From an uncultured virus (IMG/VR IMGVR_UViG_3300027793_000005) (lineage: Duplodnaviria; Heunggongvirae; Uroviricota; Caudoviricetes): DNA of 64,000 bases. Where the stretch lies: IMG/VR virus record IMGVR_UViG_3300027793_000005; one strand, given 5' to 3'. This document shows, piece after piece, positions 33,984 through 43,121 of the stretch; the first letter of the stretch is position 1; each line of letters begins with the position of its first letter. Made by a program: the position numbers and the translations under genes. The notes beneath the pieces were generated by a model that was not told the DNA's origin, did no database searches, and saw nothing but the letters and a program-made list of their open reading frames with translations.

Positions 33984-35833
33984 GTTTTATCACACTTGAT
34001 TTCGAGACGTACTATGCCAACGACCTTGGGTTCCGCACCCAGACCAACGAGGAGTACCTGAACGACCCGCGCTTTGAGGTCATCGGTGTCGGCATCAAGG
34101 TCGATGACGGTCCGACCAAGTGGGTCACCGAAGACATCGCTGACGAACTCGCCATGATCGACTGGGGCAACTCTGCCCTGCTTTGTCACAACATGATGTT
34201 CGACGGCGCGATACTCGCGTGGAAGTATGGCATTGTACCGGCGATGTACTTCGATACCCTGTGCATGGCCCGTGCCATACACGGCGTGGATGCAGGTGGG
34301 TCACTCGCGGCTCTCGCTGAGCGGCACAATTTGGGCAAGAAGGGCACCGAGGTGGTCGATGCGTTGGGCAAGCGCAAGCAGGACTTCACCCCGGAGGAAC
34401 TCGCAGCCTACGGGCGGTACTGCGTCAACGACGTCGAACTCACCTTCAAGTTGTTCAATGTCCTGCTGTCGGACTACTTCCCGCAAGACGAACTTGACTT
34501 GATCGACATGACGCTGCGGATGTACACCCAGCCCGTACTCCACGTGGACGACGCCCTCTTGGTCGATCGACTTCAGGAGGTCCGCGATGAGAAGCAGCGG
34601 CTCTTGTCTGGCCTGATGGAAGCGATGGAAGTCACAACCGTCGAGGAGGTCCGGGCATGTCTGGCAAGCAACCCGCAGTTTGCTGCCGAACTTGAGAAGC
34701 ATGGTGTCACCCCGCCCAAGAAGATCAGTCTCACGACGGGCAAGGAGACCTTCGCCCTCGCCAAGAACGACGAGGGGTTCATCGCTCTCCAAGAACATGA
34801 AGATCCCATCGTGCAGCAACTGTGCGCGGTGAGGCTCGGCACCAAGTCCACCATCGAGGAGTCGCGCATCGAGCGGTTCATCGACATTGGGGCGCGGAAC
34901 AAGGGGCTGCTGCCCATCCCCCTCAAGTACTACGGGGCGCACACCGGACGGTGGTCGGGGCAGGATGCTGTCAACTTCCAGAACCTGCCGAGCCGGGACA
35001 AGAAGAAGAAGGCTCTGAAGAACGCCATCTTGGCTCCGTTGGGGCACTACGTCATCAACTGTGATAGCAGCCAGATCGAGGCCCGTGTGCTGGCTTGGCT
35101 CGCCGGACAGGACGATGTCACGGCGCAGTTCCGTGCAAATCAGGATGTGTACTCCATATTTGCAAGCAAGGTCTACGGGCGCGAGATCACCAAGGACAAC
35201 TCGGCTGAACGGTTCGTAGGGAAAACTTGTATTTTGGGATTGGGGTACGGTACGGGCGCTGCCAAGTTGCGTCACACGCTTGCTACCGCCAAGCCCATCA
35301 ACGTCTATCTCCCCGAGGACGAGTGCAAGCGCATCGTGAATCTGTATCGGCAGGAGAACCACAAGATCACGGAACTCTGGCAGGAGTGCGACCGGGCGCT
35401 ACAAGACATGATGTCGTGGCCTACCGGAAAGGGCATCTACTATCTGGGTGTACAGAAAGTTGTACAAGTCACACCTCATGGTCTACGCCTGCCGAACGGC
35501 CTCTACATCCGGTACAAGAACCTGCGGATGTCGGATGGCAAGGTGATCTACGATTCGCGCAAGGGCGTCCAGTCCATCTGGGGCGGGGCTGTCGTGGAGA
35601 ACGTGGTGCAGGCACTCGCCCGGATCATCGTGGGGCAGCAGATGCTGGCCATGCGCAGGTGGTACCGCCCGGTGCTGACCGTCCATGACGCGGCTGTCGT
35701 GGTCGTTGAGGAGTCTCAGTTGCCGGAGGCTCTTGCGTTCATCGTCGGGACCATGTCTACTCCTCCCAGTTGGGCAGCGGGCCTCCCCGTCGCCTGCGAG
35801 GCCAAGTACGGCAGGTCATACGGAGACTGTTGA
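33980..35833 (+). CDS. polA: DNA polymerase family A with 3'-5' exonuclease
   Basis: ExoI LDFETY, ExoII HN..FD, ExoIII YC..DV; HTGRWSG, NFQNLP, motif A DSSQIEAR, motif B R..GK..ILG.GYG, motif C VHD. Confidence 0.93.
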   Translation: MSFITLDFETYYANDLGFRTQTNEEYLNDPRFEVIGVGIKVDDGPTKWVTEDIADELAMIDWGNSALLCHNMMFDGAILAWKYGIVPAMYFDTLCMARAIHGVDAGGSLAALAERHNLGKKGTEVVDALGKRKQDFTPEELAAYGRYCVNDVELTFKLFNVLLSDYFPQDELDLIDMTLRMYTQPVLHVDDALLVDRLQEVRDEKQRLLSGLMEAMEVTTVEEVRACLASNPQFAAELEKHGVTPPKKISLTTGKETFALAKNDEGFIALQEHEDPIVQQLCAVRLGTKSTIEESRIERFIDIGARNKGLLPIPLKYYGAHTGRWSGQDAVNFQNLPSRDKKKKALKNAILAPLGHYVINCDSSQIEARVLAWLAGQDDVTAQFRANQDVYSIFASKVYGREITKDNSAERFVGKTCILGLGYGTGAAKLRHTLATAKPINVYLPEDECKRIVNLYRQENHKITELWQECDRALQDMMSWPTGKGIYYLGVQKVVQVTPHGLRLPNGLYIRYKNLRMSDGKVIYDSRKGVQSIWGGAVVENVVQALARIIVGQQMLAMRRWYRPVLTVHDAAVVVVEESQLPEALAFIVGTMSTPPSWAAGLPVACEAKYGRSYGDC

Positions 35834-36486
35834 TGTTCACGTGGTCATTTAGCAGCCTGAAGGATTTCGTCAACTGCCCTAAGCAGTACTACCACACTAA
35901 GGTGGCGAAGGACTTCACCAAGAAAGTCACTCAGCAGATGCTGTATGGGACAGAAGTTCACAAGGCATGCGAAGACTATGTACGCGACGGTACGCCGCTT
36001 CTCAAGAACTACGAGCGATTCAAGTCTCAACTTGACGCGCTGCTATCGATCCCCGGAACTCGCTACTGTGAACACCAGATGGCCCTGACGGCAGAGGGGG
36101 TACCGTGCGCGTTCGATTCCGATACTAGGCACGTGCGAGGTATCGTTGATTTGCTGATCGTTGACGGGGCCGATGCCTACATCGTGGACTATAAGACAGG
36201 CAGTAACCGCTACCCCGACCCCAAGCAGTTGAAGTTGATGGCCATCATGACGTTCGCGCACTTCCCGGAAGTCCAGAACATCAAGGCTGGACTTCTGTTC
36301 GTGATGCACAACACGTTCATTCCTGAAGAGTACAAAAGAGAAGACGCCAACAAACTATGGGGACACTTCGCGGTGGATCTGAAGCGGCTTGAAATCGCAT
36401 ATGATAGTAACGTATGGACTGCAAAGGCCGGACCATTGTGCGGTTGGTGCCCAGTCAGTAGTTGCAATTTTTACAAGGAGAGATGA
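35833..36486 (+). CDS. PD-(D/E)XK (Cas4/RecB-like) exonuclease
   Basis: WSFS....F..CP, GT.VH, RGIVD, DYKTG, QL.L, C.WCP...C. Confidence 0.88.
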   Translation: MFTWSFSSLKDFVNCPKQYYHTKVAKDFTKKVTQQMLYGTEVHKACEDYVRDGTPLLKNYERFKSQLDALLSIPGTRYCEHQMALTAEGVPCAFDSDTRHVRGIVDLLIVDGADAYIVDYKTGSNRYPDPKQLKLMAIMTFAHFPEVQNIKAGLLFVMHNTFIPEEYKREDANKLWGHFAVDLKRLEIAYDSNVWTAKAGPLCGWCPVSSCNFYKER

Positions 36487-36487
36487 G

Positions 36488-36742
36488 ATGCCTTACGTGA
36501 ACAAGGCTAGACCCTACAAGAAAGAGTACAAGCAGCAGGTTGAGCGTGGTGAACACGAAAACCGCATGGAGCGTCAACGCGCCCGACGTAGTTACGACGC
36601 CAAGGGCATCAACCGCAAGGGCAAGGACATCGCCCATGTCAAGGCGCTGTCCAAAGGCGGCAGCAACGGTGACGGCACCCGGCTTGAACCTCCATCAAAG
36701 AACCGATCGTTCCGTCGCAAGTCGAATGGAGCGATGAAGTGA
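36488..36742 (+). CDS. Small HNH-type endonuclease-like protein
   Basis: R.YKKEY...GKDIAH...LSKGGSN...NRSF. Confidence 0.7.
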   Translation: MPYVNKARPYKKEYKQQVERGEHENRMERQRARRSYDAKGINRKGKDIAHVKALSKGGSNGDGTRLEPPSKNRSFRRKSNGAMK

Positions 36743-36877
36743 ATCCGCACAAGGCATGAGTGTGCAAGGATAAGAAGGGCTACCATCCTCCTGCCCTTCT
36801 CGCGTTGGCATGACGCGTAACCGTGCCTGTCAAGATCGGCCCGCCCCCTACCTCGTTGGGCAGAGTCTTGACCGACT

Positions 36878-36899
36878 GGCCCCCGTAAGGGGCTTTCTT
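36878..36899 (+). terminator. Terminator-like hairpin
   Basis: GCCCC-CGTAA-GGGGC then TTTCTT. Confidence 0.55.
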
Positions 36900-36916
36900 A
36901 ACCTAGTAGGTGCAGT

Positions 36917-38512
36917 ATGAACATAGTCGATGACTTGGCGGTGAAGTTCACCGCGTCCAATTCTTTCGCTTCAGAGATCACGGCACGGCTGGAGCGTAGC
37001 GAAGTACTGGCCGATAACGCAGACAGCAAAGAACTGCTGGTGTGTTGGGACCACGACGAGATGAAAACGCTCGTCGGTTATCTGGATGAATACATGCCGA
37101 GCCAGAATCTCCCGAAAGTGCCTTCTCCCATGCAGCGGGATTACAAGTGGCCGGGACTCTACACCCCGTTTGAACATCAGCGAGAGACCGCATACTTCTT
37201 GAGTCTCCGCCAGAGGGCGTTCTGCTTCAACGAGGCAGGGACAGGCAAGACGTCGGCAGCGATCTGGGCTGCGGACTACCTGATGAACATCGGTATCATC
37301 AGGAAGGTTCTGGTCATCTGCCCGCTTTCCATCATGTACTCCGCATGGCAGGCTGATATATTCAAGACCACCATGCACCGAACGTGCGGTATCGCACATG
37401 GCTCAGCCGAAAAGCGCAAGAAGATACTGAACGAGGGGTACGACTTCACGATCATTAACTATGACGGAATACCTAGTGTGATCGATCAACTGTACAAGAG
37501 GTTTGATCTGATCATCATCGATGAGGCTAACGCATATAAAAACCCAAGTACCAAGCGCTGGAAGACTCTGGCCAAGTTGATCGAACCCACCACGTGGCTT
37601 TGGATGATGACGGGCACCCCCGCTGCACAGTCTCCAGTCGATGCGTTCGGCTTAGCCAAATTGGTATCCCCTATGAGGGTGCCGAAGTACTCCACGGCTT
37701 GGCGCGATCGGATCATGGTACAGGTCAGCAAGTTCAAGTGGACGCCGAAGCATGACGCTGTGGATCAAGTGTTCCGTGCGCTACAACCTGCGATACGGTA
37801 CACGAAGAAGGAATGCCTCGATCTACCAGACATCATCTACCAGACCCGTGACGTGCCGCTGACTCCGCAGGCTAAGAAGTACTACAACGAACTAAAAAAG
37901 CAACTGCTCATAGAAGCAGCGGGCGAACAAGTTTCGGCTGTGAACGCAGCGGCATCACTCAATAAACTGTTGCAGATATCTGCGGGCGCTGTGTACACCG
38001 ACAAGCACAACGTAGTGCAGTTCGACATATCGCCGCGCCTCGCCGCACTGAAGGAAGCACTTGAAGAGACCACCAACAAAGTGGTAGTATTCGTCCCCTT
38101 CCTACACGCGATCGACGTGGTCAGGGAGTACCTGACTCAGCACGGCATCACGAACGAAGCGATCAAAGGAGACGTCCCCGCAAGACAACGCTCCGACATC
38201 ATCGGGCGATTCCAGACTAGCACCGATCCTAGAGTGTTGGTCATACAGCCCCAGTCAGCGGCGCACGGCATCACTCTCACGGCTGCGGACACGGTAGTGT
38301 TCTGGTCTCCAGTAATGTCAGTGGATACGTATTTGCAATGTATCGCACGCATCGAAAGAGTGGGCCAAGTGAACAAGATGTCTGTAGTGCATCTGCGAGG
38401 GTCAGAAGTCGAGAAGAAGATGTATTCCATGCTGCAAGGCAAGGTAGATCATCACCAAAAATTGGTGGACTTGTACAAACAGGAGTTGGAGGATAGTGAT
38501 GAATACGAATAA
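36917..38512 (+). CDS. SNF2/SF2 helicase
   Basis: PF.HQ, GTGKT, VICP, IIDE, MTGTP, G.TLT.A, Q...RI.R.GQ. Confidence 0.9.
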   Translation: MNIVDDLAVKFTASNSFASEITARLERSEVLADNADSKELLVCWDHDEMKTLVGYLDEYMPSQNLPKVPSPMQRDYKWPGLYTPFEHQRETAYFLSLRQRAFCFNEAGTGKTSAAIWAADYLMNIGIIRKVLVICPLSIMYSAWQADIFKTTMHRTCGIAHGSAEKRKKILNEGYDFTIINYDGIPSVIDQLYKRFDLIIIDEANAYKNPSTKRWKTLAKLIEPTTWLWMMTGTPAAQSPVDAFGLAKLVSPMRVPKYSTAWRDRIMVQVSKFKWTPKHDAVDQVFRALQPAIRYTKKECLDLPDIIYQTRDVPLTPQAKKYYNELKKQLLIEAAGEQVSAVNAAASLNKLLQISAGAVYTDKHNVVQFDISPRLAALKEALEETTNKVVVFVPFLHAIDVVREYLTQHGITNEAIKGDVPARQRSDIIGRFQTSTDPRVLVIQPQSAAHGITLTAADTVVFWSPVMSVDTYLQCIARIERVGQVNKMSVVHLRGSEVEKKMYSMLQGKVDHHQKLVDLYKQELEDSDEYE

Positions 38513-38900
38513 TACCGACGAACTGGTCGAAGCGTATTTAGTAATACGCTCACGGCGCGAGAATCTGCTACGCGAATACGAACTGGCAGACAGCGCTTTG
38601 AAAGAAGACATGGCGAAGTTGGAAACGCGTATGCTCGAAATGTGCAACGCCGTGAATGCTGATAGTATCAAGACGCAGCACGGCACAGTCATGCGCAAGT
38701 TGAACGAGCGTTTCTTCTGCCAAGATTGGGAAAATTTCTACAAGTTTGTCTTGGGTAACGAAGCCCCGCACCTGTTGGAGCGGCGTATCCACCAAGGCAA
38801 CTTTAAAGAATTCATGAAAGAACACGAAAACGATGGGCTTCCGCCCGGAGTGAACGTGATGCGTGAATACGGTGTTTCAGTACGTAAATCCAGTAAGTGA
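38496..38900 (+). CDS. Conserved replication-module protein
   Basis: SIKT..GT, DW..FY.FV, LLERRI.Q, PPG.N motifs; contains palindrome 38533-38548. Confidence 0.7.
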   Translation: MMNTNNTDELVEAYLVIRSRRENLLREYELADSALKEDMAKLETRMLEMCNAVNADSIKTQHGTVMRKLNERFFCQDWENFYKFVLGNEAPHLLERRIHQGNFKEFMKEHENDGLPPGVNVMREYGVSVRKSSK

Positions 38901-38906
38901 GGACTT

Positions 38907-39746
38907 ATGAGCAACGATATCATTGCTAATTTGAAGAATGAACTCGCCCAGATCTCGGGCGGTGTTGACGACGATACCCGCGCTGTTGCCGGTGGTGGAA
39001 GCGCTACCAAGCGTATCTCCATCAAGGGCGGTGTGTTCCGCAAGATGTCCGGTGGTAAGGAGATCGGGTCGATCGAAGACCGGCACATGAACGTCATCTT
39101 CGTCAAGATGGCACACACTGCCAGTCGCACCTACTACACCGGTGCGTACAAGGAAGGTGAGAAACTCGCCCCGGTATGTTGGTCTAGCGACGGCAAGGTG
39201 CCGGATGCTGAGGTCAAGTCCCCCGTCGCCTCCCGCTGCGAGGAGTGCCCCATGTCGGTCAAGGGGTCGCACTCTACTGGCACCGGGTCTGCATGCCGCC
39301 TGTCGTGGCGTACGGCTGTAGTGCTTCCGAACAACCCGGAAGGCGACGTCATGCAGTTGGTCCTCCCGGCTACTTCGTGCTTCGGGAAGGAAGAGGCTGG
39401 CAAGTTCCCGTTCCGTCCGTACATCCAGATGTTGGCGAACAACAACATCTCTGCGGGTCGGGTCATCACCAAGATGCAATTCGACACCAAGTCGCCCGTG
39501 CCGAAGTTGCTGTTCTCGCCTGTCGGAGTGGTACCCGAGGCTGATGTAGCGACCGTGCAGGAGCAGAAGAACAGCAAGGCAGCGGAGAACGCTGTCAAGT
39601 TGACGGTGTTTCAGCAGGACGAGGGTGAGGGCGTGACAGAAGTCGCCGCCCCTGCCGAGCCGGTCGTTCGGGAGACCAAGAAGCAGGACGCTGCCCCTGC
39701 CGCCGATGTCAGCGATGTCATCAAGAAGTGGTCGAAGAAGGGTTAA
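38907..39746 (+). CDS. Putative ssDNA-binding protein
   Basis: RISIKGG.FR, CWS.DG..P, C..CP, AC, LP.TS, acidic tail ending in W; located between helicase and primase. Confidence 0.6.
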   Translation: MSNDIIANLKNELAQISGGVDDDTRAVAGGGSATKRISIKGGVFRKMSGGKEIGSIEDRHMNVIFVKMAHTASRTYYTGAYKEGEKLAPVCWSSDGKVPDAEVKSPVASRCEECPMSVKGSHSTGTGSACRLSWRTAVVLPNNPEGDVMQLVLPATSCFGKEEAGKFPFRPYIQMLANNNISAGRVITKMQFDTKSPVPKLLFSPVGVVPEADVATVQEQKNSKAAENAVKLTVFQQDEGEGVTEVAAPAEPVVRETKKQDAAPAADVSDVIKKWSKKG

Positions 39747-39749
39747 GCC

Positions 39750-40058
39750 GTGCCGCGTACGTACGGCGACAGATTGCTGATAGGACTTCAGCAGGCTGAC
39801 GGCTCGCTGTTGGGAGTGCGGCTTGGGCGCTTGTGTGTCGAGGCCAATCTCCCCGCTTCCTACGTATCCAAGGCCCTTGGTGTTGGTCGTACTACGATCC
39901 ACTTATGGTTCCGAGGACAGCCCATGCGGGAGAGCAAGCATAAAACTGTAGAGTCTTTCATGTACCTTGTAGAGCAGGGCATGCAGAACGGACTGCTCCC
40001 TGCGAAGAATGTCAAAGAGGCTAAGACATTCTTGGAGGGCATGATCGGGAACAGTTGA
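39750..40058 (+). CDS. Cro/XRE-like HTH protein
   Basis: VSKALGVGRTTIHLWF.G helix-turn-helix. Confidence 0.7.
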   Translation: MPRTYGDRLLIGLQQADGSLLGVRLGRLCVEANLPASYVSKALGVGRTTIHLWFRGQPMRESKHKTVESFMYLVEQGMQNGLLPAKNVKEAKTFLEGMIGNS

Positions 40059-40081
40059 TGGTCTGACGGTCACAAAAGTTT

Positions 40082-40111
40082 GCGGGGTGGCCGCTGCCCC
40101 GCGTTTTCTTT
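40082..40111 (+). terminator. Rho-independent terminator
   Basis: GCGGGGTGGC/GCTGCCCCGC then GTTTTCTTT. Confidence 0.7.
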
Positions 40112-40126
40112 CAGTAGGGCATATCC

Positions 40127-42943
40127 ATGCGAAAACAATTTTACGAGAATGTACTACCTTCGCAGGGCGTGTATTGTGCGGTGGGCATCGAGCGTGATGG
40201 GCGTACACACCATCATTTTGCCGACACGCTAAGCGACCTTGAACAGAACATCACAGACATCCAGCAGAGCGGGCAGAACGTGTTCGTCGCTCTAAGTACA
40301 TTCGATGGCTACAGCCGTAGGGCTGACAACGCGCTTTACTGCCGTTCATTCTTCATCGATATGGACGTGGGAGCAGGCAACCCCAAGAAGTATGAGAGCA
40401 AGGAAGCGGCGCTTGCAGACCTGCGGGCGTTCGTGGAGCAGAACGACCTCCCCCCACCCGTACTGGTGGACTCTGGTGGTGGGGTGCATGCTTACTGGCC
40501 GTTTGACCGCGATGTACCGATCTCAGAGTGGAAGCCGTACGCGGACAAGTTCAAGCAACTGTGCATCGACCACATAAAGATCGACCCGGTGGTCACCGCC
40601 GATGCAGCGCGTATCATGCGCTGCCCGGACACCCTGAATCTGAAGACCGATCCGCCGAACCCTGCGGTGTTGCTCACAGACGAGTTCCATCAGTACGATT
40701 TCGATGTCTTCAAAGCGTTCTTGGGAGAAGTCGAGTACTCGATCGGGTCTATTCTTGACCTCATCCCGAAAGGTCTTGACGAAGACACACTCAAGATCGC
40801 CAAGTTGGACAATTTTGAGACTACGTTCCAAGACATCGCTGAGAAGAGCCTTGAAGGACAGGGCTGCAACCAGATCAAGAACGCGATCGTAAATGCCCAG
40901 ACTCTGTCTGAGCCGGTATGGCATTCTGCATTGTCGATCGCTCGACACTGTACGGACTGGGAGACGTCTATCCATCTCCTGTCTGAGGACTACGCTGGAT
41001 ACAACCGTGAAGCCACCATAAGGAAGGCTAATGAAACTTTTGGCAAGCCGCATAGTTGCGCGACTTTTGAACAGAGAAACCCCGGTGGGTGTGATGGATG
41101 CCCGCTCAAAGGACGTATCACCAACCCCCTTGCCATTGGACGACGATTCGTCGCCGCCCCCTCCGAGGAGATTAGTGAAGAGGACGCAGTTCGGATCGCG
41201 TCGAATCCCGAAGAAGTTCCAACTTTCCCAAAAGCCGTCTACCCCTTCGTCCGAGGGCGCAACGGGGGCATCTACTACGTCCCGCCAGCGGAAATAGGCG
41301 ACGACGGGGAAAAGACCGCTTCTGAGCCGATACTCATATCGCAGAATGAGTTCTATCCGGTCAAGCGCATGTACGGCGAGTCGGATGGCGAGATCCTTCT
41401 TGTTCGCGTGAAACTGCCGCATGAGGTCCGAGAGAAGTACATCTCTACTGGTGACGCGCAGTCCGTTGACAGCATGAAAGAGATCATCGGCAAGGCGGGG
41501 GTCGCCCCGCCTAGTCAAACCTTGTGGCCTAAACTGGTGGAATACATGACTAAATGGCTTCATTACCTACAGAGCCAGAACGCCGCAGACAAGATCTGCC
41601 ACCAGATGGGGTGGACGGACGACAACACCTTCCTCATCGGTGAGAACGAGATCATCGGCGTGGACAATTCGCGCAAGGCAGCATCTAGTCCCCTGATACG
41701 CAGCGTGTCTAGGCTCATGACGCCGAAGGGTGACTACCAAGTCTGGAAGGACTGCGTGAACCAACTGAACCATCCCGAGTTGGAGATGCAGGCGTTTGGC
41801 TTGTTCGTGTCGTTCGGCTCACCCCTTATGCGCTACACGTCCACGAACGGCATGACGTTCTGTTTCACCGGGCCATCAGGCGCAGCCAAGTCTGGATCGC
41901 TCTACGCCGGGCTGTCCGTATGGGGCGCACCGAAGCCGCTCAGCGTGTATGACTCGACCGACAACGCCTTCAACAGCCGCGCCATGTCCCTCAAGAACAT
42001 CCTCATGGGCATGGACGAGGTGCAGGAGAAGCCGCCTGAGCAGATATCGAAACTGATCCACCTCATCTCTCAAGGCAAGGGCAAGATGCGCATGCAGAGT
42101 TCCGTCAACGCGGAGCGTGAGCAGCAGGAGATCGCGTCCATGCTCTGCCTGATGTCATCTAATGTCTCTCTATATGACATGATCTTCGTCAAGAAGGCCA
42201 ACGCAAGTGGCGAGATCATGCGCTTGTTGGAGTACGTCCTGATGCAGCCCCCCTCGCTCACGATGGAGATGGGCAAGCGGATCTTCGACCCCCTGCACGC
42301 CAACCACGGCCACGCAGGGCCGGACTTCATAGGCAGGGTCATCGCCCTCGGGGACACTGAGATCAGGGCGCGTATCGCCAAGTGGAGCAAGCGGGTGACT
42401 GCTACCAAGTTGGGAAGCAACGCTGCGTTCCGGTTCTACGAGACTGCGTTTAGTGCCATCTTCGCAGGGGCCGAGATCGCCAATGAGTTCGGCATCATCA
42501 GTTTCGATGTCGATCGGATCTTCGACCGGGTCATTCTGGAGACCATCAAGGTACGGGACAACACTCAGAAGAACCGCGTCACGGACTATGAAGGCCTCAT
42601 AGGCGAGTTCCTGAACGACCACTGGCGCAGGGGTACCCTGATATTCGATGAAGGCAGGCTCGTCAATGAGCCGACCGGGGAACTTGTAGCCCGTGTGGAG
42701 ATCGGCAATTCGACCCAGTACATCGCCAAGAGCAAGTTCAAGCAGTTCCTGACGAGCAAGAGCGTCGGCACAGGAGAGTTTGAGCGGGCCTTGGAGCGTT
42801 CTTCAGTCAGCCTTGAGTCGAAGAAGATGCGGCTCTCTACCGGATGGAAGGCGGGTATGACCACGCCTCCTATCCACGTCTACGCATTTCAGTACGAAGT
42901 CCCTAAAGAGTTGCTAGATGACAACAAGACTGATGGAGCCTGA
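40127..42943 (+). CDS. Primase-helicase (AEP/RepB-like primase, Cys cluster, DUF927 helicase)
   Basis: FIDMD, SGGGVHAYW, D.ARIMR.P.T.N, C...C..CP, QMGW, Walker A GPSGAAKS, Walker B MDE. Confidence 0.85.
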   Translation: MRKQFYENVLPSQGVYCAVGIERDGRTHHHFADTLSDLEQNITDIQQSGQNVFVALSTFDGYSRRADNALYCRSFFIDMDVGAGNPKKYESKEAALADLRAFVEQNDLPPPVLVDSGGGVHAYWPFDRDVPISEWKPYADKFKQLCIDHIKIDPVVTADAARIMRCPDTLNLKTDPPNPAVLLTDEFHQYDFDVFKAFLGEVEYSIGSILDLIPKGLDEDTLKIAKLDNFETTFQDIAEKSLEGQGCNQIKNAIVNAQTLSEPVWHSALSIARHCTDWETSIHLLSEDYAGYNREATIRKANETFGKPHSCATFEQRNPGGCDGCPLKGRITNPLAIGRRFVAAPSEEISEEDAVRIASNPEEVPTFPKAVYPFVRGRNGGIYYVPPAEIGDDGEKTASEPILISQNEFYPVKRMYGESDGEILLVRVKLPHEVREKYISTGDAQSVDSMKEIIGKAGVAPPSQTLWPKLVEYMTKWLHYLQSQNAADKICHQMGWTDDNTFLIGENEIIGVDNSRKAASSPLIRSVSRLMTPKGDYQVWKDCVNQLNHPELEMQAFGLFVSFGSPLMRYTSTNGMTFCFTGPSGAAKSGSLYAGLSVWGAPKPLSVYDSTDNAFNSRAMSLKNILMGMDEVQEKPPEQISKLIHLISQGKGKMRMQSSVNAEREQQEIASMLCLMSSNVSLYDMIFVKKANASGEIMRLLEYVLMQPPSLTMEMGKRIFDPLHANHGHAGPDFIGRVIALGDTEIRARIAKWSKRVTATKLGSNAAFRFYETAFSAIFAGAEIANEFGIISFDVDRIFDRVILETIKVRDNTQKNRVTDYEGLIGEFLNDHWRRGTLIFDEGRLVNEPTGELVARVEIGNSTQYIAKSKFKQFLTSKSVGTGEFERALERSSVSLESKKMRLSTGWKAGMTTPPIHVYAFQYEVPKELLDDNKTDGA

Positions 42944-43121
42944 GTGGGTCTTCCCCTTTGAGGGGATGGACGTTGGGGACAGTTTCTTCGTCCCCACACT
43001 CAAGATCGCTGAGATGCTTTACGCGGTTGACTGTCGTGCAAAAGTATCTCAGATCAAAGTCAAAGCCTATGCCTCGGCCAAGGAAGGCCACATAGGCGTA
43101 CGGGTCTGGCGCATCCGCTGA
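42933..43121 (+). CDS. Small conserved protein (FPF..M.VGDSFFVP...GVRVWR)
   Basis: Motif; last gene of the plus-strand arm. Confidence 0.7.
   Translation: MEPEWVFPFEGMDVGDSFFVPTLKIAEMLYAVDCRAKVSQIKVKAYASAKEGHIGVRVWRIR

Noticed and set aside
36743..36916. tRNA gene
   Set aside because: No T-loop GTTCRA, D-loop or CCA-type cloverleaf.
16200..43121. Lysogeny module or alternative genetic code
   Set aside because: No integrase or divergent cI/cro pair was seen. Genes are intact and tightly coupled under the standard code.
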